The notes beneath the pieces were generated by a model, which saw only the letters and a program-made list of their open reading frames with translations, was not told the DNA's origin and did no database searches. This document shows, piece after piece, positions 34,229 through 48,016 of a DNA stretch of 64,000 bases. The translations under genes and the position numbers were made by a program. The first letter of the stretch is position 1; each line of letters opens with the position of its first letter. Origin of the DNA: Amphiscolops sp. MND2022 (Eukaryota); the NCBI GenBank assembly GCA_964187785.1, contig OZ076409.1, positions 43,712,001 to 43,776,000 on the forward strand, given 5' to 3'.

Positions 34229-37200
34229 CAGGCTCTACTCGCGCTTGGGATTCCATCCCTTCCCCAGCTGCTACAAATTTTCCGCAAACAAGTCAGCGTG
34301 TTCGTTCTAGGTCTAGGAGTAACGATAGCCGTTTGCGACAGCGCAATCGCAGTAGGCGGATCGACCCCGAAACTTGGAAACAAATGTGTGATGAGTTTGG
34401 CCCGGGAGGTTTTTTTCCCAAAAGAATCCCATACCCTTGTTGTAAATAGTCCCCCAATACAAAATCTTTTTGAGGATAAACAAGCGGAGCCTGGCTCCGT
34501 GAAAATTTTGTACAAGAAAGAGTCAGAATTTCCAAATCAGGCCCGGTCTGATGAGGTAAAATCGAGAAAACTGACCCATAGTCAATACATTCCAGGGGCC
34601 ACGCTTTTAATCCCCTATGAAGTCGAAAGCCTACGCTGTTGGGCCATGATAGACACTGGTGCGAGTAGAAGTTTGATGAGTTTGGAATTGGCTAAGACTA
34701 TTGGTAACCCAATAGCCCCCAATCCCAGTCGTTTAACGGGCCCAATAGCTAATGAGATGCCTACCAAAGGTATCGTAAAAGCAGAAGTTAAAATCGGAAC
34801 GTGCGTCGCTTCCGATGAATTCGTGGTTGTAGAAGATCTCTACCCTGAGATCATGATTGGCTTAAAATTCATGATGGAAAATCAATGCTCGACTGACTTA
34901 GTCGAACAGAAACTAACGATCCCCAAAGACGATGGTTTCATCATCAAAGTACCCATGCAAGTCCTAAGCGGTCATGTTCCCCCGCCGGAAGATGACGCAT
35001 TTGTTTGCGAAACGGTACCCGGTCCTGACACAGTATCAGCGGCCTCCGAAATAAACGAAAAACTCGAACAGGAAGTTGACGAAATTTTAAATTTAGCCAC
35101 CCCTGGACTCGAGAACGCCGAAATAAAGGAAAAATTGCGAGATTTGATTCGTGATTACAGAGATGTGTTTTCACTGCCTTCAGACCCGTTAGGAACCGCT
35201 GTAGGAGTAGAACACCGCATAGACATAGGCGATGCGAAACCGTTCAAAATTTCGCCTTACAAAATTGCTCCGCATAAATTAGAAGCCGTTCGTGAAGAAA
35301 TTCGCGAGATGCTTGAGAAAGGAGTGATCGTACCGAGTAAAAGTCCTTTCAGCAGTCCCATAGTAATGGTACCGAAGAAAGATGGCTCAAACCGAATGTG
35401 TATAGATTATCGAAAGTTGAACGACCTTACCGTAAAGGACGCGTATCCGTTGCCCCGGATCGGTCAAACGATTGATGCACTGCAAGGAGCGGGAGTCTTC
35501 TCGTCTCTCGATTTAGCAAGTGGCTATTGGCAGATTCCAGTCGCGGCCGAAGACCGGCACAAAACGGCGTTTTGTACTCCGGATGGAGGATTATATGAGT
35601 GCTTGAAAATGCCGTTTGGCTTAACGAACGCCCCGCCAACTTTCCAAAGGAACATGAACGACATTTTTAAAGAAGATCTATATAAACATGTGCTCATATT
35701 CCTAGATGATGTGCTAACGTTTAGCAAAACTCCAGAAGAACATTTGGAGCATTTAGAAAAGGTGTTTATAGTTTTGCGCAAAGCCGGTTTACGTCTTAAA
35801 CCGAAGAAATGCAACTTATTCCGCACCGAGGTCCACTATCTAGGCCATGTGATTAACAAGGAAGGGATCCAACCGGATCCGAAAAAGTTAGCGGCAGTAC
35901 GCGAATGGGAGCCTCCGACCGACGTCACCGGAGTTCGCTCATTTGTTGCCTTCTGCAACTATTATCGGAAGTTTGTCCAAAATTTCGCGAAAGTGGCTCG
36001 ACCACTTTATTTGTTGACGAGCAAAGGATTAAAATTCACATGGACCGAAGAACATGACAAGGCGTTCCGAACGCTGAAGAAAAGATTGTTAGAAGCTCCA
36101 ATTTTGGCATTTCCAAATTTTGAACTTCCGTTCATTATTGATACCGATGCTAGTGATACGGCGCTCGGCGCAGTTTTGTCGCAAGTGATTGAAGGGATAG
36201 AGTATCCAATTGCCTTTGAGTCGCGAGTTCTAACTAAAACGGAGGTAAATTATGCAACAACCAAAAGAGAAGCGCTAGGTGTAGTTCAAGCCGTCCAGTG
36301 GTTCAGACCGTACATTTACGGATCCAAATGTATTATTCGCACAGATCATGCAAGTCTTCAATGGTTGTTTAGACAAAATGCGGATGGAATGACTTTTCGA
36401 ATGGTTCAAAAACTTCAGGAATATGACTATCAAATAGTACATCGTCCAGGTGATAAACATTGTAATGCGGACGGCCTTAGTCGACGACCGAATGACGTAC
36501 CCCAATGGCTCCCCGGCGAAGAAGATGCGTTAAGGGGACCGATCCCCGAATTCACCGAATTTGATAGTGCTTTGTTTGAAGCCGAACGCGATCTTCGAGC
36601 CGCCCGAACCAAAGCTCGTGAGGAATTGGAAAACTCAGAGGATGTAGCTCGGCATTTGAAAATGCAATATTCTCACCCACCTAGAGAGGTAGTCCGTTAT
36701 CGAGAAGGGGATTTTTTCGAATCCCCCGATTCCTTAGTATTGTGTGTATCTGCCGACATGAGAGTAGCCACTGCTCCCATGAAATCGTTCGTAAAAAAGT
36801 ATTCCCATTTACCACCTCTCGCAGAGTCGGTAAATCGTGTTGGAGGCTTTCTAGTGTACCGAGATGTCACAAAAGGACGATATTTGTATATACTGATCAC
36901 CAAGCATTGCCACGGAGAAGTTGCTAAATACGATGTACTAAAAGAAAGTCTATTGAGAGTGAAAGAACATGCTAGTTCCCATGGAATTTCCAAACTTGCA
37001 ATGCCTAGAATAGGTTGCGTCGATGACGAATTGGAGTGGGTGAATGTAGCTATTTGTCTAGAGGTAGTGTTTCAAGATTCGTATTTTACGATCTCCGTGT
37101 ATACACCGAGAGACCAAGAGCAATTCTACCCTTCGACTTCGGCAAGACGAGGTACCCCGCGTTCATCAAGTGTAGATTCCGCCTGTTCCGTCGTTACCCC

Positions 37201-39032
37201 TGAAGAAATGTTAGTATCAGAGCAAGTGGGGGGGGGGGCATATCTCATGGACTAGATCAGATAGCGACCTAGCGTATGGTCAGAGAATGGATCGTGGTAC
37301 GGGATTACTATTCCGTGAAATGGTTAGACGTGGAATTCGGATAGATGGTACATTGGAAGATTTAGGGCCCAACCCCATCCCCAGAGAAGTAGCATTAGGA
37401 TGGAGTTGTCCAGAGGCGTTAGAACTTTGGAGTAATTGGGATCAGCTAGCGCTGGCCAATCGAGTCCTTTATCGAAAATGGAAACCTAGCAATCGTGAAC
37501 GTGAAATATGGCAGGCAGTAGTTCCTTCGACTATGAGAGCTGAAGTGTTACATCAGTTACATGACTCCCCTCTTAGCGGAGGTCATTTTGCAGCCGAGAA
37601 AACGTTATCAAGGATTAAACAGAGATTTTGGTGGCCTGGTCTCAGGTCAAGTGTAGAAAAGTATATTGCAAAATGCACGCGTTGCGCAGCTAGATCAACG
37701 GCGGGAAAAAGTCGAAAAGCTCATTTGCAAACAATTGAAGCAAAGGCGCCGTTTCGTATTGTTGCAGCAGATATCTTGGGACCCGTAACGCTAGCGAAAA
37801 AGTCACAGGCGCGATACATTTTAGTCATATCGGATTTGTATACAAAGTATGCGGTTGCCGTTCCTTTGAAAGACATGACGGCTAAGACGGTGGCCACGAC
37901 TTTAGTCGAAGAGTGGATTTTGAAATTTGGGGCTCCCGATACTTTACATACGGATCAAGGAACTAACTTCAACAGTGAAGTAATGAAAGATATTTGCCAA
38001 GTTTTCATGATCGATAAAACTAGGACTTCTCCGTATCATCCTCAAGGAAATGGTCAAGTAGAAAGATTCAATAGAGTCATTGCCGATACTATCTCTAAGT
38101 ATTGTGCCGAAAAACCGCAGGAGTGGGATCTCTACTTACCCCACGTCAATTTTGTGTACAATACCACCGTACATAAGACCCTCGGTACGACCCCGTTTTC
38201 GATGTTGTACGGGAGAGAAGCACAATATCCGATCGACTTATTCTATCCGAAACCTCCTGGCGACCCCCGTTTAGAACTAGGCGAGGTAGGAGCCGAGTTG
38301 AGTGATAAACTATTCGAAGTACATAGTCATGCGCAACTGACTATGGGGAAAGAACAACGTCGTCAGAAGGATTATTATCAGAAAAAAGTCCATGGAGAAG
38401 GTTTTAAAATAGGAGACCGAGTGTGGTTATTCGAGCCACACAAAGCGAAATCCCGAAAGTTCCATCTCCCTTGGCACGGTCCATACGAAGTATTGAGTCA
38501 GACCAGTGAAGTGAACTATCAGATTTGCAAGCCAGGTTGCCCGGAAAAGTGGTAAAATATCCATTTTAATCGTCTCAAACCGTATCTTGGCGAATCCCTC
38601 CCGAAACGATCCGAACGAGTGGCGACAAAAACGCTACCGAGTTATGAAGAAGTCCCAGATGAATCCGATTCATCCGACCAAGAGACCGAAAATAGACCGT
38701 ATCATGTGTTCCGCCCTACTTCGGCGGAAATCCAAGCCAATAAAAACCGGCCGCACGTGTCATTTCATGACGTTCCCCGCGTGATAAACGCCGAAAGCGA
38801 CGAAGAGACTACTCTGACTAATTGCCCGTTGTATATAGACGTCCCCGTACCGTCAGAGGAGTCTTCATTTCCTGTTTATGAAGAAATAAACGACAATAGA
38901 AATACTTCGCCTCCTTCAGACGAGGAGGACAACGAAAGCGAGCGTTCAGATTCGCTGATAATCGAAACGACACGGAATCGTCGACCGCCAGTACGCTTTG
39001 GCATAGACGAGTACGTGGTAAAGCCAAAATAA
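34198..39032 (+). pseudogene. pol: Pol of element B (PR-RT-RH-macrodomain-IN), interrupted
   Basis: MIDTGAS, FLDD, TDAS, NADGLSR, HHCC, TDQGTNF, ERFNR and WHGPY motifs. Apparent frameshifts at T7 (34410-34416) and G11 (37228-37238), and an in-frame TAA at 38553-38555. Confidence 0.88.
36686..37105 (+). CDS. TARG1/OARD1-like macrodomain within Pol B
   Basis: YREGDFF..DSLVLCVSADMR..RYLYILITK..YDVLKESL..ISKLAMPRIGC..LEWVNV..EVVF..ISVYT is colinear with recalled OARD1 (YVKGDLF..DSLAHCISEDCR..RYIYYLITK..LSMPRIGCGLD..ITVYT). Confidence 0.88.
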
Positions 39033-40565
39033 CATTAATGTCTTCGGGTGATGGTCAGGTGAGTTGAGTCCTCCGAAGTAGTGAAGCTCATCATTCGATT
39101 AGCCGTTCGCGAGCATGACTAATCGAATTACTTGTAAGCTCGGACCGTCAATCATGAGGTGATGAGTTCGAAAAGTAGTGTCATCCGTGTCGCTACCGGC
39201 TCTCCTTCATTTAGTTTTGCCTTAACCTAATTGCCTCAGTCGCCAGAATTGGAAAATTGTAGTCATCGTCCCTACAATTAATTCGATTGACTTACAAAAA
39301 AAACCGTATTTAACCTCTATATGTCTATGTGTTGTGTTGTCCGGATTTTTTTTCCCGTGATTAAATCATTCGACTCGCTAGTATAGTCGGAAGATTATGT
39401 AAATGTAGTATTTGTGTTGACGTAATCGGGTACCGGCGTGAAAAGTAAGAACTCGTTTGGAACCAGCGATGAGGATTGTCCGCCTAGGTTCGCGCGAATG
39501 ACCTTTCGTAACTACGAAATCGCAGAAATGACATGTCAAAACAATATCGCTAACCAAGTCTCGGTACGTTAACTGAAGAAGATCCCGAAGAGAGATTATC
39601 TCCCCTTCATGGCGATATCTGAGTACCGGTCACACAGAGTTCTTGCCACGAATGACTTGCGAAGGGAGATTGCACGTTTATTCCGTTGTATTGACTCTGC
39701 AACCTGTCTCAGGTAAACTCAGCGAAGTAGTCTACTTCTCTTCGACTGCTATTCAGAAAAGTGAAAAGTATTCCTCTTCAATGAAATATCACAATTTTGG
39801 GGTGTGTTAATATTGTGTGGGATGTTATATATGTCGATTGAAAGAACAACCAACAATTGTGCGAACTTTGGACAAAGATGTGTGCCTCGACCTCAGCAGC
39901 ATTGCCGTCGACGAAGTTCCACACTCTCCCTACCAACGAGATGACAAGATGTCCCGAGATGATCCGAAGGCTATTTTGTGTGAAGAAAGCTTGCCAGCGC
40001 TAGTACGGAATCCTACACGTGAGACGAACCTTTTCACAATGAATAATTGTATCCAGATTAAATCCGTAACCATTAAACCCCCCCTGTATTTATTTGCCCC
40101 AAAGAAAAGCTCGAAAACTATATTTTCCTTGCTTGGACAGAAAATTGAATTAAATATTGAAATATTAAAACTTAGGAGAATGAACTAAGAAATCCAGTCA
40201 GTAAAGAACTTAGTTATAACAGAAAAGAGATTGTTTTAAAATTGACCACACTTCACTCCCAAAATCTTATATTGGATAGAAAAGGGATACAATTTGTGTG
40301 AGAGAATGGAAAATTTTGATGAAATTAATGTGATTTAAGTGGTATAATAGATTTGTATTTAATTAAGAGGATTGTTAAAAGAGTGTAAAGTGATTTTAAT
40401 ATTAATATCATTGTATTTCAAGCACTTGTTTACAAAATAAAAGAGATTAAGTTGATGAAACAAGGCTACATTACAACCTGACTGGACTACGAATTAACGA
40501 ATCAGAACGCCCCTACTAAAGGAATAAAATTTGAATAAACCAACTACTCAGGAGAGTAGTAGTCC

Positions 40566-40578
40566 AAGTGGGGGGGAA
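40566..40578 (+). promoter_or_regulatory. Polypurine tract of element B
   Basis: aagtgggggggaa immediately before the TG of the 3' LTR. Confidence 0.85.
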
Positions 40579-43500
40579 TGTAGGACTTTTGACTTTTCGC
40601 TCATGATTTGGTGTTTATTAAATTTTAGTTCATCAGCAAGGTAGATTTTACGGGGTGATATCGTATAAAAGTAAAGATTACAATAAGTACCTCAAGTACC
40701 TTACACTATTGTTTAATGTCAATAATATTGTCTTTAGTCTCGCGGACTACTAAAAGAACCATTCTTAGCTGCTATGAAGCGACCGCGCAACGTATTAATG
40801 CAGTGAGACGGCCGCCACCACCTAAACCTATGTAAGAAAATTCTATTCGGAACGAAACTTTAACATTGAATTTCTCAATACCTATTGCGAATATAAGAAA
40901 AATTAAACCACCAAAATGTTCCTTTTTGACCTGACTACGTGTTGAGTAAACCTTTAAGAACTTTTCAGTAATGAATTTCCACAGAAAAAGCATTAGAAGT
41001 CATAAAATACTGTGAAAAGAAATTTAGTCAAATTACTATGTTAATACATGTATTTGAGGGTATGCGAGAGTGAAACTTCACAGTACGCGGTATAAGCATT
41101 GAATGCAACTCACCTAAGCGTGTCAGAAAGCGAAAGGAATGAAAATTAGAACGCGCTGTGAGTGGCTGTACGCGTAGCTAATAAGAAAACGGCCGCCGCA
41201 CACTTTGAATTAATCTCCCTCTTAATAGAAATTAAAAATCAAAACCCGATTTCTCGAAGATGAAAAAAGATAGCAACAAACGGTTTTCAACATTCGAAAG
41301 CCCATCCAAAGGAGAGCTTAAGTTGAGAATATGAGCGTTGTGCGACCCCGGGAACTTATCGGGGGGAAGCTTTGAAAATAAGTGCATTTAAAATTTTGAC
41401 GATTTTCCAAAATTGAGTTTCGTTTAAAAATTTCGTGTGATCGCTACAGTTGTCAAAAATGTTCGGATATAGCTTAAATTAAAGATAAATGGATGCCCTA
41501 ACTTGTGTTAATTGGAAAATAAATAATATTCAGTAGTTTTTGAGAACTGAGCCAGCAAACGTTAAAAACAGCCCTAAAATGGCCTAAAAAGCCGTTTTTC
41601 GCATGTTATCGCTTAGTACTCAACGTGTAAGCACACAATAGCCGCCCCCTTCACAGCGTACTTGCGAATTGAAGTGAAAGAGTGAATAGAATAATAAATA
41701 GAGTGCTGCGGCGCGCTACTGAAGAACCCCCAAGAATTTAAAGTTGTGATTTCTTTCTGCCGATAGGGATGTCGACCTACCAAAATGCGAACCCCCCCCG
41801 CACGTTTTGGGCGATATCGAGCTGAAACTTTCAGGGTAGACGCACAAGACCCAGGCGCACAGCGTTTAGCAGAAGCGTTTTTCCGAAAAATGCCCTGGTT
41901 TTGAGATATTGGCCTCCAAAGTTGAAAGTCCAGACATAAAAATCGGGAAAATGACTACTTTCAGAAAAAGTACTATCAAATTTTGTTGAGAAAAGATAGA
42001 GACCTCATCTAAAGTGCAAAATACTCCTAATAGCTTGGGCTAACGATGTATATAAACCCCCAGCCTGTATCTTTCAAATTGACTGAGTACTGGCACTCCA
42101 AAGTTGAGATTTGCGTGAAAACCGATGGGTGATTTTTGACTACCAAATTTTAAAGGCGTTTTTCATTGTGAAGGAGTTGAAATAGAAAGAAAACTATGGA
42201 GTAAGTTTTTGTAGCCCACAATTTGTGCTTTCAAACGGTGTACTTGGTTTTTGCCCCCCGTGATCGGAACACCTTGTTCTTGCCCTTAGAAGTTGTAACA
42301 CGAAAATCGACTTTTTTGATATGAATTGAAATCGCCTTTTAGGTCATTGTAAATTGTAGAAAATTGTTTCCTTCAGCCATTTTTAGCTGAAGAGAGTTGT
42401 CAGGAACCGCGTGAGAAAAAGAGACCTGGCAAAAAGTGCAAATGTCAATCAGTAAGCCGAAGTTCAAGTCGTGCTTACAAAAGTGGGAAACACTGAGTCA
42501 GTAGCACCACCCCTTAAATTCTATTGAAAACGAAGTAAAACCATCAGTCATGATTGACAAGGAGGTGGAACTAGGACCGACTCGTGCTGAGAAAATGTAC
42601 TTCTGATGAACTTTCAGTACCGAAGTAGGAAAAAACTGTATTGCTCAACACTTAGTCAGAACCGGAAAAAGGAAAGATGATAAACTATGAATAATGATAT
42701 GACTAAACTGCCGAAAAAGTAACTTAGGCCGAAGTGTGCGCCATTTTAGCGACACACAAAGTGAGTTGAAATCTAGAGAACGGTTTGCTGCTTTGCGTCC
42801 GATAGCATCCCGCATCAGACACCGGACTATCGAAATTGCAGATTTACTTCGTCTGGCCGGTTAGCCCGTGCCTTCAGCCTAACAACCTGAAGTTGCCTGA
42901 TTTGTTGCTACCCCGCTTTTCGCTAGTACGGATTTCGACCCGGGAGTAGGGTGGACTGCTGGTCTATCGTATTACATGTGAAAGAGCCTAAGTGGGCTGA
43001 TAATACACGGTTGAGCCTAAGTGGGCTGATAATACACGGTTGAGCCTAAGTGGGCTGATAATACACGGTTGAGCCTAAGTGGGCTGATAATACACGGTTG
43101 AGCCTAAGTGGGCTGATAATACACGGTTTAAGCCTAAGTGGGCTGATAATACACGGTTTAAGCCTAAGTGGGCTGATAATACACGGTTGAGCCTAAGTGG
43201 GCTGATAATACACGGTTGAGCCTAAGTGGGCTGATAATACACGGTTGAGCCTAAGTGGGCTGATAATACACGGTTTAAGTCTAAGTGGGCTGATAATACA
43301 CGGTTTAGGCCTAAGTGGGCTGATAATACACGGATTGTTGTTTTCACTCCAAGACCGATAGAGATTTTGCGGCGAGTTGATTCTTCCGATATCTTCGATA
43401 TCACCCCCATCCTTACGGATACAAAAAACTTAACCTTGCTGAAATCCTTGTATACTGTTCTCTTGTGTTATATGCCTCCTAATATGCCTCCTAATATGCC

Positions 43501-43923
43501 TCCTAATATACTCAGTAATATTCTCCGCTATTATCGATGTTATCATATTATTCATTCTATTATTCGTGGATGTGAAATTGTATTTGTGTCTATTACTCGA
43601 CTTATTTATTTGATGTGTAGTAATTAAAGTTCAACCTGCTTCTTTTCATCAGCGAAAAGATAATTTCAAACAGTCCAAGAGTAGCGAGACAAACCCCTGA
43701 AAGAGGGAAAAATAGCAAAGTTGTAAAGATCGTGATTTCCTTGTCACACTTACCCCCACCGCCTTCGATTAAGTTGATTCGTCTCTTCTTCGGAGTTAAT
43801 AAAAATTTATGTAGATACTCAGCCAGTCCTTGTCTCGTGCATGGTACCTACGGGTTTAATTGAGTTGTAGTGGAGCTATTCTCAACAAATAATTAAAGCT
43901 ACTGGAAAACTAAAAATCTTACA
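40579..43923 (+). repeat. 3' LTR of element B (3345 bp)
   Basis: Direct repeat of 29357-32722; followed by the TSD. Confidence 0.95.
42984..43333. repeat. Tandem array, 12 x 29/30 bp, in 3' LTR
   Basis: Counted directly; one unit fewer than in the 5' LTR. Confidence 0.95.
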
Positions 43924-44865
43924 TTAATTAAGAAGTAGGAAATTCTGGTGCATAATAGAATTGGCCCAATAATACATAAACTTGATCCAATAAATCAAAG
44001 AGAATACGTTAAACGTCATTGCTTACCACTAGAGGTTTAATTAAATTATAGAATCTGTGTTCAAAATTGGTTTCTCGGTCGTGGAAATTCTTTTTTGTAA
44101 CATTTTTCATCATTTTCCCAAACAATTGAATACGGAAAAGTGATTTTCTTTCGAATTAACATGAAATCAATTGTTCATTTACATGTTTAAAGATAAAGAG
44201 TAGTTGAAAGACTTCCGTTTTCAAGATACATTCAAATTTTATTGGAATGCTTTATATTCATTGATTGTGACGTGCCAAGTTACAATAATTTACCGCAGAT
44301 TTACAGGTCATGACTTTCCAATTCATGACTCTTGGGTTCGGATGTTCGGATATCCATGATCACAGTAAACAACAGGACGTAATAAAAGAAAAATCATGAT
44401 GCCATGGATAATCATGAATGAAAAGCAATGACCAAACATATTTTTCAAGATATCAGTAGGCTCTTTTATCTTTGGCAATCCTGTGTGCTCAGGACATGTC
44501 GGCGAAAAGCACGTCGAAACTTTTTGAACCATTTTACAAAAACAAACTGCATTATTCGAATTGATTGTTTTTTTTGTTGAACATTTGAAAAATGCACTCC
44601 AAGGAGATGATGAAGTTCGTCAACAGATAATTTTGGAAAAAAATTGCACTGGAGTTGGGTTTGAGTAAATTGCCTTTGGCAAAAAACAATTATGGCAGTG
44701 AACATGGATCTCAAGGGCGACCCAGAGTCGTTACCAAAGTGCATGATTTGCGGTTAAAATGGAAATAACCCGGTTGAAGCGACATCAAAAAAGGTCACTG
44801 ACACATCCAGAAGGTGGCACATCAAGAAAAAATTTGAAAAACTGTATTGAGGGAGCTGTTAGAAG

Positions 44866-45260
44866 AACAAGCCGGGAACGGCCCAAGTCGGCGCCATATC
44901 TAAGGCTCAAAAATAGCAGAAGGACTTGAAAATGTCAAAGTATTGGTGAATTAGGGACCCTTTTAAGAAAAAACAACAAAAGCTCTCAAAAAACTAAAAA
45001 TTAAGAAAATTTTTTTTTGAAATTTTTTTTCGAAGTTTCCGGTAAGTCGCATATTGCCGAAAAATGTAAAAGGGGGACGCTTTTTATTTCATGTTTGACG
45101 CTTTGGATGCGTTGAAAATGAAGTACTAAGTACATATGGTAAAAGTTGGTAAATGTGCATTAATTGGATTAATGCACAAAAAGTGGACGTACGCGTTGAA
45201 CTGACGAAAAAAAAACTAGCCACTGTAAGAGTCGGGATTTTCGTCGAAAACGCCGACTAA
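44866..45260. mobile_element. Short interspersed repeat, HINE/Helentron-like
   Basis: Starts aacaagccgggaacg. Subterminal agtcggcg / cgccgact inverted repeat and terminal agtcgg...ccgact hairpin. Related pieces at ~25544-25951 and, inverted, at ~21830-21900. Confidence 0.45.
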
Positions 45261-46068
45261 TAACAATACAGCGGGAACTGAAGCTTTTCTAGAAAAACGA
45301 CAAGAACATAAAAACACTAACGAAAAACCAAAAAAATGGTCTAAAAAGACGCACTGACTGAATTCGATGGAGGACCGATAGGGAAAAAAAGCTGTTCCTC
45401 CAGACGAAAAGAATTTAACCTGGATGGCCGGATAATTGGAGAACAAACAACAAAAACAAATTAGGGAATCTTCAAAGTTTTAGAACCAAAAGGCAAGCTG
45501 GAGATGATGGTTTGATGTTTTGGGGCATGCTTATATCCAATGGCAGCATGCTTTTCTTCGAAAAAGTTTCAAGCAGGGTGATTTTCATGGAATACCAGTC
45601 ATTTTAATCTGGATTTGCTGTGACCTTGATTAAGGATATCAAGTATAATGATTATATTCTCTAACAGGACAAATGTAGTATTCACATTGCCAAATTGAGA
45701 ATTGAACTTTTCGAACACCTTAGAATTGATCTCCTCAATTGGCCCAGTAGAGCCCTGCTTTGAACAGGATGGAGAATTCCTAGAGTATGTTGGGCAATTT
45801 TGGTGTATTGCCCGCAACATCGAAATGTGAAAACCAAGCGGTTATGGACATGAATTTGAGGTGTTCTATTCAATTGGTTAAGTTATTTGACTTTATGCCG
45901 GTTCGTACTGATTTTTGAGAAAAAAATATAACGAAAATCCTTCATAAAATATATCTGGCGGCGTAATTTTTAGTCGGTGTTTTCCGTTGGAAACGCTTAC
46001 TATAGCAATGGCTTTTTCGAATACCGACAAAGTGACAGGTTCCACATACATAACCGGATATAACGTTC

Positions 46069-46852
46069 TGTAACGACAAGCTCTTACCATTGTCGCCGTA
46101 ACCATAAGAGTTAGCATAAGAGTTAGAGGAACACATGATATGGGTATTTGCCCGGGACAGGCGCCCATGACCATGAGCTCATGTTGCCTCTTTCGGGTAA
46201 AAACTGTCCCGTCAGAGGAGGATTCCGCTTCTTGTGAAGTGCTCGCCGGTCTGATCCAGTCTTTAATTGCTGTCAGTAGCGCGAATTACGCTTTTTCATC
46301 GAAACCATCACTTAGACAGCCTTTAAAAACGTTCCGAAAGGAAATTATGTTAAATTTTCGTTATTCAGGGTGACTTGGGAATAATATCTAAAATTACGAA
46401 ATAAGATCTAAAATTGTCAAAGTAGCCATAAACTTACAGCAATGTACAGCAATCTCGTCCACAACAGCGATTTCGCAACATCCACATTCAGCTCGCAAGC
46501 TGGGGCACCACAGGCACAGATTTGTGAATTAGACGAAAAGACTCATTTTTACGGTTTTCACTACTTAAGGTAGCATGCTGCTAAAATCAAGGTTAGCACC
46601 TTCAAAAGAGTCTAATTTCAGAGGTTTTTGCAGTCTCTGGCGTCTGTTCGGGCGGCTGGCTTTATGTTTTTTCTCGATCTTCGCTCTTGTTGTCGAAGTA
46701 CCTGCCAATTTCGTTGAAACAGCGAAAAGAGCAATCACATGCTCAGTGCCACGTCAAACATTGAATAAGAATTTTTCAGAAATTTTCTGAACATGTTCAA
46801 ATCCAAAATTCCAATATCGACTAATTTTGCTGTCTCAGAGGGTGCCGTTACA
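46069..46852 (-). repeat. 3' LTR of element C (784 bp)
   Basis: tgtaacg...cgttaca inverted termini. 46069-46386 matches 52886-53191. Confidence 0.85.
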
Positions 46853-48016
46853 CACTCCCCAGACTTTATGCATGACGTCCCTGTCATGCGGAGAAGCTGG
46901 CAATGAAAACATCTCCACATCATCTTTGCAATTGACTGGGAGTTCAAACTGGTGATGTTGCAATGGCCCAGTGGCACTGTCATCTTTCGCTGATTGGGCA
47001 ACCTTGAGGTCTTGCTTCTTGCAATCTATCGAGCCTGCATCATCCACTGACTGCTGTTACTGGAGCAAGCCCTGGGGCTATAAAACGAGCACTCAAAAAT
47101 TCACCTTCAAACAAATCAAAATCTTTGTTCTATATATCAATCTGAGAGCATCATTGGGTTGGCAAATGTTTTCTGCACTATGTTTGGATAGGATCTTGAT
47201 AGCATTGATGTTTATGTTGTTTAAGAATTTTTTTGGAGCCCTGGGGTTCTCTGGCGCGGTTTTGCTCAAAAACTTCTTTTCCACGCCGGTAAAAGTTCAG
47301 TTTGCAGAACAGTTAAAACTTGTTTTCAGTAAAACTTCTTTTCAGCGGAAAGACCACTGTTTAAAAGGAAAACAGGTAGTTTCTGATATTCTTTGTTCAA
47401 AGTTTGACTAGGTTTGGGCAGCACGCACTGATGTGCAGCTCCATATCAAAACAAAAATTAGTAGCATCCGTTGAGGAGAGTATGAAAGGCGATTTACCAA
47501 TTGACTGCATGTGAGATTTAGCACTGAGACAAAATTAGACAAGATTCTGTAATTGAAAGTTTTGGGGCTAATGAGCTCCATTGAACAAGTTAATCCGTAG
47601 AAAAGCCACTGAATCAAAGGAAAATTGACATTGAAACTTCAAAGAATATAACTATAGAGATTACGAAACTAAAGAAGAAACCATAAAAACAAGCCTCTGG
47701 CCAAAGTTGCACTAACGAGGACTTTTTTTATCTTTTTTTGTTTTTTTTTTGTTTTTTGTCAAGCCTCGCTGATAGCCTTGAAAATGTCATATCAAATTAA
47801 TTTTTACGAGGAACAAAAAACAAAGTTTTATTATCAAGCTGTGGTTGTATACATCGGAATCGATTGAGAGTCATGTGCAGTCGGGTTTTCATTACTTTAG
47901 ATTGTGGACAATTCCGTGGGTGGTCAGCGTGGAATGTAGAGAATAGAGTGTTGTCTCCCATGGGACTCCCCGGACCTTAGAAAACTCCCCGGACCTTAAT
48001 CGTTGATCATTTTTTT

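Larger units (their letters stand above)
29357..43923 (+). mobile_element. Full-length Ty3/Gypsy LTR retrotransposon B (14.6 kb) with macrodomain-containing Pol
   Basis: TG...CA LTRs, 5-bp TSD TTAAT (29352-29356 and 43924-43928), PBS, PPT, gag and pol. Confidence 0.96.

Noticed and set aside
37228..37238. Programmed frameshift at G11 (and at the A-run near 60900)
   Set aside because: Both lie inside pol in homopolymer-rich runs, and the second splits RT. Indel mutation or sequencing error is more likely.
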